From positions 156,320-220,319 of the forward strand of contig MHTJ01000002.1 of NCBI GenBank assembly GCA_001823065.1: a stretch of 64,000 nucleotides of DNA, given 5' to 3'. How positions within the stretch are numbered: position 1 is the first letter of the stretch; the number at the start of each line of letters is the position of its first letter. The notes beneath the pieces were generated by a model that saw only the letters and a list, made by a program, of their open reading frames with translations, was not told where the DNA came from and did no database searches. The position numbers and the translations under genes were made by a program. Positions 17,604 through 27,768 of the stretch are shown in pieces. Source of the DNA: Candidatus Vogelbacteria bacterium RIFOXYD1_FULL_44_32. Lineage in GTDB: Bacteria; Patescibacteriota; Minisyncoccia; Phycocordibacterales; XYD1-FULL-46-19.

Positions 17604-20600
17604 TTAGCTTTTAGCCTTTTTTATCACCGCCCTTGCCCCCTCTAGGGCCTTGGCAAAACTTTGGTTTTTAAAACTAAAGAAATATCCTTGCTCGGTTAGG
17701 GGCTGGTCATCGGCACTAAATAATCTGGTTAGCATTATTTTTTGGTTAGTAGGGTCTATATTTAGTGAACCCTTTAGACCACTAATTTCTTTTAGTAATA
17801 AATCGCCACTTTTAGTGATTTGAAAAACTCTGGGGCGGTCGGGGACAAGGTCGGCACCAAAGGCACTTTGCCAATATTTGGTTTCATTGGGAAAAGCGAG
17901 GGCCTGGGCCAAGGCCAGTTCTTTGTTTGGTTCCCAGCCAATCCGGTCAGTAAAATCCATCGCTTGTTTTATAACTTCGGGGGCCACATTTTGTTTGTCT
18001 AGACTGGTAAATATCTCGATTTGGGATTTATCGATTTTACCAGTCTGGTCAAATAAAGTGGCAAACTTTTCGCCAGCAAATAGTTTGGTTAAACGGTCAA
18101 AACTACCACTAGCGACAATACTACCGTCTGGGTTCACACCACTAATCCGCCCAGAAACTCCTAGCTCGACTAATTGGTCGGCCTTCAGTTTTGGGACATT
18201 AAATCGGTCGCTTAATTGAGTCGACATCCGATCAGAAGAATATCGATTAAACTGAGCATCGTGGCCACCAGCTGGGGTTTGGGGGATTAAAGGTTCTGGT
18301 CCTTCCGCGCTCATTTTTATTTCATTTTCGGCTATCATATTGTCAAGCGGGGCGGTGGCAGGCGTGGGTTCGATTTCTAATTGATTGCCAATTATTTTTG
18401 AACCAAAATCTTCAGCCACTTTCATCTGGTCAGGATCAAATCTTTGGTCCAACATTTCTTGCCAATTGGCGGTGGAAGTGGCTTGGGCAAATTTTACCGC
18501 TGGTGAATCGCTGGTAATATTTTCGGCGGCCCGGGCAAATAGGGGTTTTAGTATTGTGCTAGAAAATTTTTCATAATCAGTAATTATTAATTTCCCATTT
18601 TCAAATTTGGCGACAGTGTCCAATTGGCTAGGACTAATACCGGCGATAGTTTTACCTTCAAATATTTCTCGGACATTGGCCAAAGTATTTTCTAACTGCG
18701 CGGCTTCAATTGTGCCCAAGACCTTATCGGTTGGGTCAAAATTATATTCTTGCATCACCAGGCGACGCAAGGTTTGGTCTAAAGTGGCAAAGTCTCCACC
18801 CCGACTGATGTCATATTCCACCCGTATTTGGCCCGTGCCATCCATAAAATCTACCTTGGCGCCAGTTTTTTCTAAGAGGGACAAATCTGGCCGGGTCTCT
18901 ATTTCTGGAGTATCAGGCAGACGATAGGGCGGCTTGATTGGGTTCAGCGAGTCAGCCTCGGGGGTAAATTTTGGTACTTTCCATTCTTTTGGTTCTACTG
19001 GTGGCGGAAATTTAACTGGACCTTGAGCAAAAACATTTTCGGCCGGGATATTTTCTCGCAAATTTAGTGGTGCTTCAGCTATGGCATCGGGGGATACATA
19101 TTCTTGGTCTGTTGTAATAGTTGGAGTTTCTGTGGCTTCAACATATTCAACTGGTGTGAAGTCACTGGCGGTGGTGGCTGGGGCTGGATTTTCACTATTT
19201 ATTTCTGGTTGGGCCGAGTCACCTGATTCCTGGTCCAGATCAACATTTTTATCAAAAATTTCATCCATAAAGTTGTAGCTAAGCATGAGCAAACTTTCTA
19301 GCATCATGGCTTTAGTGGTCATACCGGCTACCCCTTCCAGTCGTGAGGCTCCATAAGCCAGAGTATCGACATGGGCATATTTAGTGGTCATGCGGTCTAA
19401 ATCCTTAATATGACGACTGTATTTACGAAGAATAGCTTGACGTTTGATCGCCTTTTTTTCGGGGGCTAGTTTCTGGTTGGCCTCGATTGCTTCTAATTTG
19501 TCATCGATAGTTTGGACTAAGCGACGATTGTCGGCTTGGATTAAAGCTTGAAAGGAATCATGCACAAATAGCCGTGCTTTGTTTAAGGCCCCTTTATCCG
19601 AACCAAAACGCTGGCGGACTTTGGCTCTAATTTCCTTTAGTCTATTAGCTCGTTTTTTAACATCATCACTATTTTCATTTTTATCAACACTAAAACGTTC
19701 CTTGAGTGAGGCAAAAGCTTCGGCTTCAAATTCATGAAGAGTTTTAAATTCGGCAGCGGTTTCTTTGGCTTCGGGATTTTTTAAAATAGAGCCAGAACGT
19801 TTTTGGGCCTTCTGGCCCGCGAGAGTAGATTCTTTACCGGCCCCAGCTAGTCGACCGATAGCCATACTACCTGCCAAAACATAGCGTAAAGGGTTTACGG
19901 TGGAGATACCGGTGACATCGGCAATAACCCGACCACTTTTTATCATAAAACCAAGGGTGTTGGAGACGGTGCCGATCTTGTGGCGTAACCTCGTGCTATC
20001 ACCTTGCTCTTTAAGCTGGGCAATTTCGCGCATCTCCGCTTTGGCCCGCCTACTATCGTCACGGTAACTTTCAGCCATAAAATGTTTCAGTCGACTAAAG
20101 GTACTGCCGGCTTGGAGTTCGCTGGGAGTTTTTGGGGCATCATTTTTTTCAAACAAACTAGCCATAATGTCACTTTTTAGTTTTTTCAACTTAAAACCAC
20201 TATAAAACAGCCCTACGGCTATTTTTTCTTGGGTGGGGGCGGGGAGACGATCAAATGCCTCGACAATTTGGGGGTCATTTTCTCCTAGTGAGTAATCCTT
20301 TCCGTCAAAATATTCATGAACTATTGGTGGATATTCGCCTGGGCCTAAGACTATTTTTTTCCAATCTTCTAACTCTTGAAGGAGTCGTTCTGTTTCCTTT
20401 AGGCGATTTTCAGATTCTGATTCAGGCGGTAAGGCAGAAGTAGTTTCTGGGTCTTCTATTGGCATTGGTATTTCAGCGGGGGCATTTTCTTTAATACTGA
20501 TAGTTATGTCCATCAGTAGAGGAAAAAGTTTGTTGTCTAGTAATCCTTTTTCACCTGAATCCAAAGCCGATAAAGTAATTTGTTCATCGACGGTAGTGAG

Positions 20601-21617
20601 TTGTCCATAAATATTTTCCAGTAGTTTCAAATTATTTGCAGTGGTTTTAATACTATCAAATTCTATTCTTAGAGAATCTAATTTATGGTCAAGCTCTAGC
20701 GCTTCCGGCGAATGCAATTTTTCTACTAATTCTGGATTATTTAAACCAACTGAAGCCTCTGCCGGATTATCTATATTAATATTTTCAATCGGGTTGTCAC
20801 TATAATGTTCTTCAAGTTCGCTGGCCTGCTCATTTAGTTTGCCAGTTTCTGTGTAATCAATTTTTTCAGTCTTGTTTCGGGGTTTGGATTTTTTAGGTGT
20901 CCGTTGTAATTTTATGTTTGGATCTTTTGCTACTTCGCTATACCAACGATCAATTGTCGATTGGTCTTCGCGACTAAGTTTTTCATTATTTATATTGTCA
21001 GGTTTTGGGTTGGCTACCCCTGGTTCAACTATGGGAGCTGGCGAGGCTGTAACAGTGGGTGGGGTTGGTTCTGGTTCAGGAGCTGGTATGTTTGTTGGCG
21101 CTTGGGGTTTATTTTTATTTTGTTCGGCATTGATAAAACGATTTATATTTAGGATATTTTCTTGTTCTGCCATATCCAGTTCTAATTTTAGAGCAATACC
21201 AACAACCTCATTTTTGGTTTGGCGGAGGGTGTCAAGCAAGCGCCATTTTTCCTCTCTATTTAAAGGATGTTCGGAAAATAGATTTTTTATTTTTTCAAAA
21301 CTTTTGGTTAATTCAGACTCATAATCGACATAGGTATCAATCAGAGAGTTGTGGAATTCCTCGTCGAGTTGGTCTGGGATTTTGATCTCAGCTATTTTTT
21401 TCGCTATAAATTCTAAACTATCCAAGCTATTGGAAATAAGTTTTTCGACGGGAATTTCTTTTTCTGTGGTTTCAGTAGGGTTTTTTATAGTGGTTGGGGC
21501 TAGGGTTTCAGCACTTACACTTTGGTTGGCTATTTCCGCTTGGGCGGCTGCTTCCCGGGCCAGTCTGGTTGTATTAGGATCAATCCATTTCTTTCCTCCT
21601 CCTTGTTTTAGAGTCAT
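17604..21617 (-). CDS. Giant (1337-aa) hypothetical protein. It is coiled-coil and low-complexity rich, with no signal peptide and no recognised domain.
   Basis: Single uninterrupted ORF. Pro/Thr-rich linkers, predicted long helical segments, and an acidic N-terminal region. Confidence 0.5.
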   Translation of the reverse strand: MTLKQGGGKKWIDPNTTRLAREAAAQAEIANQSVSAETLAPTTIKNPTETTEKEIPVEKLISNSLDSLEFIAKKIAEIKIPDQLDEEFHNSLIDTYVDYESELTKSFEKIKNLFSEHPLNREEKWRLLDTLRQTKNEVVGIALKLELDMAEQENILNINRFINAEQNKNKPQAPTNIPAPEPEPTPPTVTASPAPIVEPGVANPKPDNINNEKLSREDQSTIDRWYSEVAKDPNIKLQRTPKKSKPRNKTEKIDYTETGKLNEQASELEEHYSDNPIENINIDNPAEASVGLNNPELVEKLHSPEALELDHKLDSLRIEFDSIKTTANNLKLLENIYGQLTTVDEQITLSALDSGEKGLLDNKLFPLLMDITISIKENAPAEIPMPIEDPETTSALPPESESENRLKETERLLQELEDWKKIVLGPGEYPPIVHEYFDGKDYSLGENDPQIVEAFDRLPAPTQEKIAVGLFYSGFKLKKLKSDIMASLFEKNDAPKTPSELQAGSTFSRLKHFMAESYRDDSRRAKAEMREIAQLKEQGDSTRLRHKIGTVSNTLGFMIKSGRVIADVTGISTVNPLRYVLAGSMAIGRLAGAGKESTLAGQKAQKRSGSILKNPEAKETAAEFKTLHEFEAEAFASLKERFSVDKNENSDDVKKRANRLKEIRAKVRQRFGSDKGALNKARLFVHDSFQALIQADNRRLVQTIDDKLEAIEANQKLAPEKKAIKRQAILRKYSRHIKDLDRMTTKYAHVDTLAYGASRLEGVAGMTTKAMMLESLLMLSYNFMDEIFDKNVDLDQESGDSAQPEINSENPAPATTASDFTPVEYVEATETPTITTDQEYVSPDAIAEAPLNLRENIPAENVFAQGPVKFPPPVEPKEWKVPKFTPEADSLNPIKPPYRLPDTPEIETRPDLSLLEKTGAKVDFMDGTGQIRVEYDISRGGDFATLDQTLRRLVMQEYNFDPTDKVLGTIEAAQLENTLANVREIFEGKTIAGISPSQLDTVAKFENGKLIITDYEKFSSTILKPLFARAAENITSDSPAVKFAQATSTANWQEMLDQRFDPDQMKVAEDFGSKIIGNQLEIEPTPATAPLDNMIAENEIKMSAEGPEPLIPQTPAGGHDAQFNRYSSDRMSTQLSDRFNVPKLKADQLVELGVSGRISGVNPDGSIVASGSFDRLTKLFAGEKFATLFDQTGKIDKSQIEIFTSLDKQNVAPEVIKQAMDFTDRIGWEPNKELALAQALAFPNETKYWQSAFGADLVPDRPRVFQITKSGDLLLKEISGLKGSLNIDPTNQKIMLTRLFSADDQPLTEQGYFFSFKNQSFAKALEGARAVIKKAKS

Positions 21618-21835
21618 AATTTATTCAGGTTTATTTATATATTCTAAATTATACAATAAATCAAATATTTTGAGTGATAATTATCCCCTCGAGGAGGCAA
21701 CGGGGGTTGAAATAAATATAACTAAATAAGCTATAATACGTTTGGTGGTTTGGCAGGTTTTATATCAAGGGCTTATAAATAGATAAAACAACATTAATAA
21801 AATTTAGACCGCATATTATTCCCGAATTTATAGCG

Positions 21836-22111
21836 GTGTGGGTGGCTGGGGTAGCCCGTTTTGTTTTGGGGCGACGCGTGATTTGGCGGAAATTAGCTAT
21901 TGTGGTTATATTAGCTCTACCACTGGCTATCGGGTTGGAAGTTTGGGCACTGGAGACTAGTCGTTGGGCTGATACTAATGTGATGCCACTAATCCCGCTA
22001 TTAGAAGTTGGTTGGTTGCCGACTATTCAACTAGCTTTGACTGGGGTGTTGGCGGTTACCAGTGCCCGTGTTTTAAAAAATTTATGTCCCATTTGTCGTC
22101 AATATGACTAA
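21836..22111 (+). CDS. Small membrane protein, hypothetical.
   Basis: 91 aa with three hydrophobic segments. Confidence 0.3.
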   Translation: MWVAGVARFVLGRRVIWRKLAIVVILALPLAIGLEVWALETSRWADTNVMPLIPLLEVGWLPTIQLALTGVLAVTSARVLKNLCPICRQYD

Positions 22112-22697
22112 AGAGATAATTTATAAATATAAATGGCCACTTTTGTTTTCTACCCTTTATTTTTTGGCCTTTTGTTTATATTTTATTTCAATCCGTGATT
22201 TTGAATTTCTCTGGTATATAGTGATGATGATATTTTTTTTCGGACTGGTTTTGGGTACTATCAAATATACCAAACTAACCAATACCACCATCTGGGGGCT
22301 GTCTATTTGGGGGCTTTTGCATATGGCTGGGGGCAGTCTGCCGGTGGGTGACTCGGTTCTTTATGCCTGGAAAATATTTCCCTTGCTGGATCGCGGTGGT
22401 GAATTTTATATTTTAAAATTTGATCAAGTGGTGCACGCTTTCGGCTTTGCTGTGGCCACCCTCGTAATGTTTGAAATAATTAGTCCGCGGTGGCGGGGTA
22501 GTAAGGGGCTTTTATCTTTCGTTATATTTCTCTCTGGTATGGGCCTCGGGGCGCTTAATGAGATTGTGGAGTTTGCCGCGGTACTAGTTTTTCCAGCCAC
22601 TGGCGTGGGTGGGTATTTTAATACTGGCCTTGATTTAGTATTTAACGCCGTTGGTGCAACCTTAATGGCCCTAGGATTATATTTATGGAAGAAATAA
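22104..22697 (+). CDS. Polytopic membrane protein, hypothetical.
   Basis: 197 aa with 5-6 transmembrane segments. Overlaps the previous ORF by 8 nt. Confidence 0.4.
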   Translation: MTKEIIYKYKWPLLFSTLYFLAFCLYFISIRDFEFLWYIVMMIFFFGLVLGTIKYTKLTNTTIWGLSIWGLLHMAGGSLPVGDSVLYAWKIFPLLDRGGEFYILKFDQVVHAFGFAVATLVMFEIISPRWRGSKGLLSFVIFLSGMGLGALNEIVEFAAVLVFPATGVGGYFNTGLDLVFNAVGATLMALGLYLWKK

Positions 22698-23704
22698 ATT
22701 TAAAATCTAAAGCAGGAGAAATAAAACAGGTGATTGATAACGCAACTAATATTCTTTTTCACTTGCACCCGAGCCCGGACCCAGATTCGGCGGGGTCGGT
22801 GCTGGCCTTGGCTGAATATTGTGAGTCTCTAGGTAAAAAGACGACGATTATCGGTGGTGATTCTGAATTGTCAGAGACTATGGCGGTATTGCCGGGGTTT
22901 GGGCAAATTTTATCCAAGTCGTATTTAGACATTAATCCCGCCGAGTTTGATTTATTTTTAATTTTGGATTCTGGGTCGGTGGGGATGATTTCCAAAAAAG
23001 GGGAAGTGGTATTTCCAGCTGGTATGATGGCAGTCGTGATAGACCACCATGCAACCAATGTGGGTTATGGGCAAATAAATTTAATTGATACGGAAGCGCC
23101 AGCCACGGCTCAAATTGTTTATGAATTGTTGGTCGAGTGGGGGGCCCAAATTTCCAACGATATGGCGGTTAATTTATTTGTTGGTTTACACACTGATACC
23201 AGTGGCTTTAGATATTTAAAAGGGGATGGGGTGCGAACACTAGAAGTGGGGGCCAAATTGCTTGCCCTTAGTAAAGATGCACCAAAGATGGTTTTAGATA
23301 TAGATAGGACTATGGCCAAAGGAACTTTGCGGTACAAAGCGCTGGCGCTGTCTAAAGTGGAAGAGATTGTTGGTGGTCGCGGAGCGCTCTTGGCGGTTTC
23401 TTATGATGATTTAGAGAAAAATAATATCTCTTTTAAAGAAACAGAGGGGGCATCACTATCGTCGGAACTGTTGATGGTTAAAGATTGGGAGTTTGCGGTG
23501 ACAATAGTGGAAAAAGAGCCAGGACAGGTCCGAGTTTCTCTACGAGCCAAAGATGCAAAAGTTTTAGATGTGTCTAAAGTGGCCGAGATTTTGGGTGGCG
23601 GCGGGCATCCAGCGGCCGCCGGGGCGCTTTTTATTGGGACAATTGAAGAGGCTAAAAGTAGAGTGATAGAAAAAATATCCGAATTGATTGGTGGACAAAA
23701 GTAA
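22685..23704 (+). CDS. nrnA: DHH/DHHA1 phosphoesterase (NrnA-like nanoRNase / pAp phosphatase).
   Basis: DHH motif (VVIDHHATN), DHHA1 motif (GGGGHPAAAG), and N-terminal HPSPDPDSAGS. Confidence 0.8.
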   Translation: MEEINLKSKAGEIKQVIDNATNILFHLHPSPDPDSAGSVLALAEYCESLGKKTTIIGGDSELSETMAVLPGFGQILSKSYLDINPAEFDLFLILDSGSVGMISKKGEVVFPAGMMAVVIDHHATNVGYGQINLIDTEAPATAQIVYELLVEWGAQISNDMAVNLFVGLHTDTSGFRYLKGDGVRTLEVGAKLLALSKDAPKMVLDIDRTMAKGTLRYKALALSKVEEIVGGRGALLAVSYDDLEKNNISFKETEGASLSSELLMVKDWEFAVTIVEKEPGQVRVSLRAKDAKVLDVSKVAEILGGGGHPAAAGALFIGTIEEAKSRVIEKISELIGGQK

Positions 23705-23760
23705 ATTTTTTTGATTTGATAAAAAAGGAGACTGAACTTTTTAGAGAGGAGACAGGAATT

Positions 23761-23961
23761 ATGTCAGGAATGATGGCTCAGGTTCCCGTTGAATCTGAAA
23801 TAATTGATCCTAACTTCGCCTTTGTTCAAAGGGCAATGGCTAGTGGCATGCCGGTGTTTCGCGTTTCAAATGAACGTAACCAGGAAAGTCTGTTTTTTGT
23901 CGGGCAGACCACAATAGCCGGCCAGGATCCGATATCTATTCACTGTGAACTTTACGGTTGA
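23761..23961 (+). CDS. Small hypothetical protein (66 aa from the internal ATG).
   Basis: A GAGAGGAGA ribosome-binding site precedes the internal ATG. A hairpin follows at 23978-24009. Confidence 0.3.
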   Translation: MSGMMAQVPVESEIIDPNFAFVQRAMASGMPVFRVSNERNQESLFFVGQTTIAGQDPISIHCELYG

Positions 23962-24103
23962 CGGCGACGTCAACACCAGCCCCGCGAAGTCGAAAGACTG
24001 CGCGGGGCTTTGCAATTTAATTTTTTATTTGTTGACTTAAAAATTTGACCGGAATAAAGTTATAAAAGATTCGATCGGAGGTTTAGCAAAAAGGAGAAGT
24101 GCT

Positions 24104-24343
24104 ATGAGTAATACAACGACCACTGCGGGACTTTTTGATAGGCCTTGTGGGTGTTCGCCAAATTGTGAAAAAGTCCTTCAGATGACCCGACCGGAAATTT
24201 TGGTTTTGGGAAATTTGGGGACGATTTTTCCGGTTCACATCGGCTGTATCTCGATGTTGGGAAATGATTTTGAGCAGGTTGAGCCAGCGCGAGATCGAAG
24301 CTACGCTCTTTTTGTGAAGCTGAGCACGGCTCCTCTTTTTTGA
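24104..24343 (+). CDS. Small Cys-containing hypothetical protein.
   Basis: AAAAGGAG ribosome-binding site. CGCSPNC motif. A bidirectional terminator follows at 24360-24395. Confidence 0.3.
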   Translation: MSNTTTTAGLFDRPCGCSPNCEKVLQMTRPEILVLGNLGTIFPVHIGCISMLGNDFEQVEPARDRSYALFVKLSTAPLF

Positions 24344-24414
24344 AAGCTGTATTTTTGTTGGGACGTCACCGGCTTTAGCTGGTGACGTCCCTTTTAAATT
24401 AAAATTTTATTATT

Positions 24415-25578
24415 TTAACTAAGTTTACTGATGGCATCAGCTACGACTTTAGCCACCTTTTTATCAAAAGGCGAGGGGATAATTTCTTCAGGAGTAGGGT
24501 TCGTCACACAACTAGCAATCGCCCGAGCGGCCGAGATTTTCATTTCTTCGGTCACTTTTTTGGCACCGCTATCAAATAGGCCACGAAACAAACCCGGAAA
24601 GGCGAGGACATTATTGACCTGATTAGGGAAGTCGCTCCGACCAGTAGCGACAACATAGGCTCCAGCTTTCTTGGCTACATCAGGCATAATTTCGGGGGTG
24701 GGGTTGGCCATGGCAAAAACTATCGCTTTAGGGGCCATCGATTTTATCATCTCGGCCGTGACGGTGTTTGGTCCAGAAACGCCAATCAAAATATCAGCAT
24801 CTGCAATAACATTGGCTAGTGTGGTGGTCGGGCAAGTAGGTGAACAGTAAGCAGAAGCCAGTGGAAATTCTTCAATGAAGTTGGCCTTAGCGGGATTTAA
24901 ATCTAAACGGTGATGGCAAATGAGACCTTTGGAATCGACTAAACCAAAATTTTTCAGGCCAGCGGTCAGTAAAAGTTTGGTAATTGCCATACCGGCAGCG
25001 CCCGCACCAGTAATAACTACCTTAGTTGAGGTTAAATCTTTCTTAACTATTTTTAAAGCGTTTATTAATCCAGCTAAAACCACAATGGCCGTACCATGTT
25101 GGTCGTCGTGAAAAACAGGAATGGGTAAAATTTGTTTCAGCCGTTCCTCAATCTCAAAACACCGGGGCGCGGAAATATCTTCGAGGTTGATCCCGCCAAA
25201 AGAGGGGGCAATGGCGGTAATAGTTTTAATAATTTCTTCGGTGTCTTGGGTCGAGAGGCATATTGGCACCGCATCTACACCGCCGAACTCTTTAAACAAA
25301 ATCGCTTTGCCTTCCATGACCGGCATCGCGGCCTCCGGGCCGATATTGCCGAGACCCAAGACCGCCGAGCCGTCGGTGATTACCGCCACGGTGTTGCCGA
25401 CATTGGTGTAGGTATTAAGAGTGGTTTTATCGCTGACAATGGCTTGGCAGACCGCGGCCACCCCCGGGGTGTAGGCCAAGCTCAAATCTTCTCGTGTGTG
25501 GAGGGGGACTTTAGATTTGGTCTCAAGTTTGCCTCGGTGTTTTTGGTGTAGTTCTAGTGATAATTTAGCAGTATCCAT
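24415..25578 (-). CDS. maeA: NAD(P)-dependent malic enzyme (short bacterial form).
   Basis: AYTPGVA ... VITDGSAVLGLGNIG ... GINLEDI ... ITGAGAAG (Rossmann fold). Confidence 0.85.
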   Translation of the reverse strand: MDTAKLSLELHQKHRGKLETKSKVPLHTREDLSLAYTPGVAAVCQAIVSDKTTLNTYTNVGNTVAVITDGSAVLGLGNIGPEAAMPVMEGKAILFKEFGGVDAVPICLSTQDTEEIIKTITAIAPSFGGINLEDISAPRCFEIEERLKQILPIPVFHDDQHGTAIVVLAGLINALKIVKKDLTSTKVVITGAGAAGMAITKLLLTAGLKNFGLVDSKGLICHHRLDLNPAKANFIEEFPLASAYCSPTCPTTTLANVIADADILIGVSGPNTVTAEMIKSMAPKAIVFAMANPTPEIMPDVAKKAGAYVVATGRSDFPNQVNNVLAFPGLFRGLFDSGAKKVTEEMKISAARAIASCVTNPTPEEIIPSPFDKKVAKVVADAISKLS

Positions 25579-25706
25579 TTGTCTATTGTAGCTTATACTT
25601 CTCTCTTACGCTAAATATTTCATTTGGTGTCATTGTTTGACTTATACCCCTAAAATTTGATAGTATAAGAGGGTGCCCCGCGGGGCTTTTTTAATACAAC
25701 AACCTT

Positions 25707-25886
25707 ATGTCATTTATCGATTATCTCAAATCTACTAAAGGAGAGCTTAAACATGTCAACTGGCCCACCCGGCGGCAGGCGATTGTTTATACCGTTATTG
25801 TCATTGTAATCTCGATTGCCACTGGTTTTTACTTGGGTGTGCTGGATTTTGCTTTTACATCGGTGATTAAAGAATTTATCATTTAA
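25707..25886 (+). CDS. secE: Preprotein translocase subunit SecE. This 59-aa ORF falls below the ORF-track cutoff.
   Basis: MSFIDYLKSTKGELKHVNWPTRRQAIVYTVIVIVISIATGFYLGVLDFAF. A single transmembrane helix located directly upstream of nusG. Confidence 0.7.
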   Translation: MSFIDYLKSTKGELKHVNWPTRRQAIVYTVIVIVISIATGFYLGVLDFAFTSVIKEFII

Positions 25887-25895
25887 TCTTTAACT

Positions 25896-26441
25896 ATGGC
25901 CAAACAAGAACTTGATCAAGGGCGCAATTGGTATGCCATTCACACCTATGCGGGTTATGAAAATGCCGTGGCGCGTAATTTAAAACAGCGGATTGAATCA
26001 CTCGGGATGGAGACAAAGATTTTTAATGTGCTCGTGCCGTCCGAAAAAAAAGTGAAAATCAAAGCAGGTAAGCGAGTGACTGAAGATGAGAAAATTTATC
26101 CGGGCTATGTCTTGGTAGATATGGTGGTGACTGATGATTCGTGGTATGTGGTGCGTAATACGCCCCGCGTGACTGGTTTTATTGGTTCGGGCGTTATTCC
26201 AGTGCCACTAGAGAAATTTGAAGTAGATGAACTTTTCCGCCGGATGGGTGACGATTCGACCAAGCACACTATTGATTTAACTATTGATGAAGCAGTGGTG
26301 GTCATCGACGGGCCGTTTAAAGAATTTGAAGGCAAGGTGAGTGAGATTGATACTGAGCGAGGCAAAGTCAAAGTCTTGGTGTCGATGTTCGGGCGGGAGA
26401 CCCCGGTGGAGCTAGACTTTCTCCAAGTTAAGAAAATTTAG
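25896..26441 (+). CDS. nusG: Transcription termination/antitermination factor NusG.
   Basis: NWYAIHTYAGYENAV (NGN domain) and a C-terminal KOW motif (GKVSEIDTERGKVKVLVSMFGRETPVEL). Confidence 0.9.
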   Translation: MAKQELDQGRNWYAIHTYAGYENAVARNLKQRIESLGMETKIFNVLVPSEKKVKIKAGKRVTEDEKIYPGYVLVDMVVTDDSWYVVRNTPRVTGFIGSGVIPVPLEKFEVDELFRRMGDDSTKHTIDLTIDEAVVVIDGPFKEFEGKVSEIDTERGKVKVLVSMFGRETPVELDFLQVKKI

Positions 26442-26486
26442 TCTTACCTTGCCAATATCACTTTAATATAGTAGATTTCTATCACT

Positions 26487-26912
26487 ATGGCCGACAAGAA
26501 AGTAATAAAAAAGGTAAAACTTCAAATCCCGGCTGGGGCGGCTAACCCAGCGCCTCCGGTTGGACCAGCTCTTGGTCAGGCAGGCGTTAATATTGGTGAA
26601 TTTGTAAACCAATTTAATAGCCGAACTCAGGAAATGCGAGGGGATATCATTCCCGTGGAAATTTCAGTCTACGAAGACCGTAGTTTTGATTTTATTTTAA
26701 AGACGCCACCCGCTTCACGGCTTATTTTAAAAGCGATTGGGACCGACAAAGGTTCCGGTAAAAACATTCTCAAGAAAGCTGGCACTATTACCAAAGCGCA
26801 AATCAAGGAAATTGCCGAGAAAAAAATGGTGGACCTAAATGCTCATGATATAAATGCCGCCATGAAGACAATTGAGGGAACGGCGCGGAGTATGGGCGTC
26901 GAAGTGAAGTAG
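26487..26912 (+). CDS. rplK: 50S ribosomal protein L11.
   Basis: [35 protein letters not shown] strong terminator lies at 27025-27055. Confidence 0.9.
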   Translation: MADKKVIKKVKLQIPAGAANPAPPVGPALGQAGVNIGEFVNQFNSRTQEMRGDIIPVEISVYEDRSFDFILKTPPASRLILKAIGTDKGSGKNILKKAGTITKAQIKEIAEKKMVDLNAHDINAAMKTIEGTARSMGVEVK

Positions 26913-27102
26913 TGCAACTTCGACGGGCCGGAGGCCGACGAGCCGAGGCGGGCCCGCGTAACTTTTCAACAGAAAAGTATGGGTGGGTGGAGGTGAAATA
27001 ATTTTAAAAAATATAGATAAAATAAAACCCCCGCGCCGTAGGCGCGGGGGTTTTATTTTATCTATACTTTGTGTTAGGTATTAAGTTAGGTGTAAATGAA
27101 CC

Positions 27103-27768
27103 TTGGAAAGGAGTTATGGTATGAAAAAAGCGGACAAGAATGGAAGTTCTTCGCGCAAGGACATTTTGGGTATAAGCGATGCCTTTGAGGCACGACTGTT
27201 CAAAGAAAGGTCTGAGCTCGTGGCGGCCATTGATGCTCTGAAGATGTTGGGGCATCGGATTGTGCTCACGATGGGGGTGTGGGATTTGCCTCATATTGGC
27301 CATTGTCGCTATCTGCGGGAAGCACGGTCTAAAGGGGATATTTTAGTAGTCGGAGTTGATTCGGATGCTCTGACCAGAAAAACCAAAGGTCCCAATCGAC
27401 CAACGGTGCCCGAAGACGAGCGGCTGGAGATGCTGGCCAATATTCGTTGGGTGGACATTCTGGCTTTGCGGTCAGAAAATGAGCACCCGGACCTGCTGGT
27501 GCAACAGGTGAAGCCGGATGTCTGGGTTACATCCAACACGACCAGAATGTTTCGGTCCGATGCCAAGAAGCGTCTTGGTAAGTATTGTGGTGAGATTGTT
27601 ACCCTGGATGCCCAGGCGACAATTTCTACCACGGCACGCATCAGTCAGTTGGAACGGACCGGGGTGAGTCAGTTGGGACGGGATCTGGTTGAATTGCTAG
27701 AAAAACATGGGGTGGCCACAACCAGCCCACCACCAATTGCGCTCAGCAAAAAGAGGAGGGGAAAATGA
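27103..27768 (+). CDS. Cytidylyltransferase-like nucleotidyltransferase (RfaE-domain-II/TagD-like HxGH enzyme).
   Basis: GVWDLPHIGHCRYLREA (HxGH) and ILVVGVDSD. Confidence 0.6.
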   Translation: MERSYGMKKADKNGSSSRKDILGISDAFEARLFKERSELVAAIDALKMLGHRIVLTMGVWDLPHIGHCRYLREARSKGDILVVGVDSDALTRKTKGPNRPTVPEDERLEMLANIRWVDILALRSENEHPDLLVQQVKPDVWVTSNTTRMFRSDAKKRLGKYCGEIVTLDAQATISTTARISQLERTGVSQLGRDLVELLEKHGVATTSPPPIALSKKRRGK

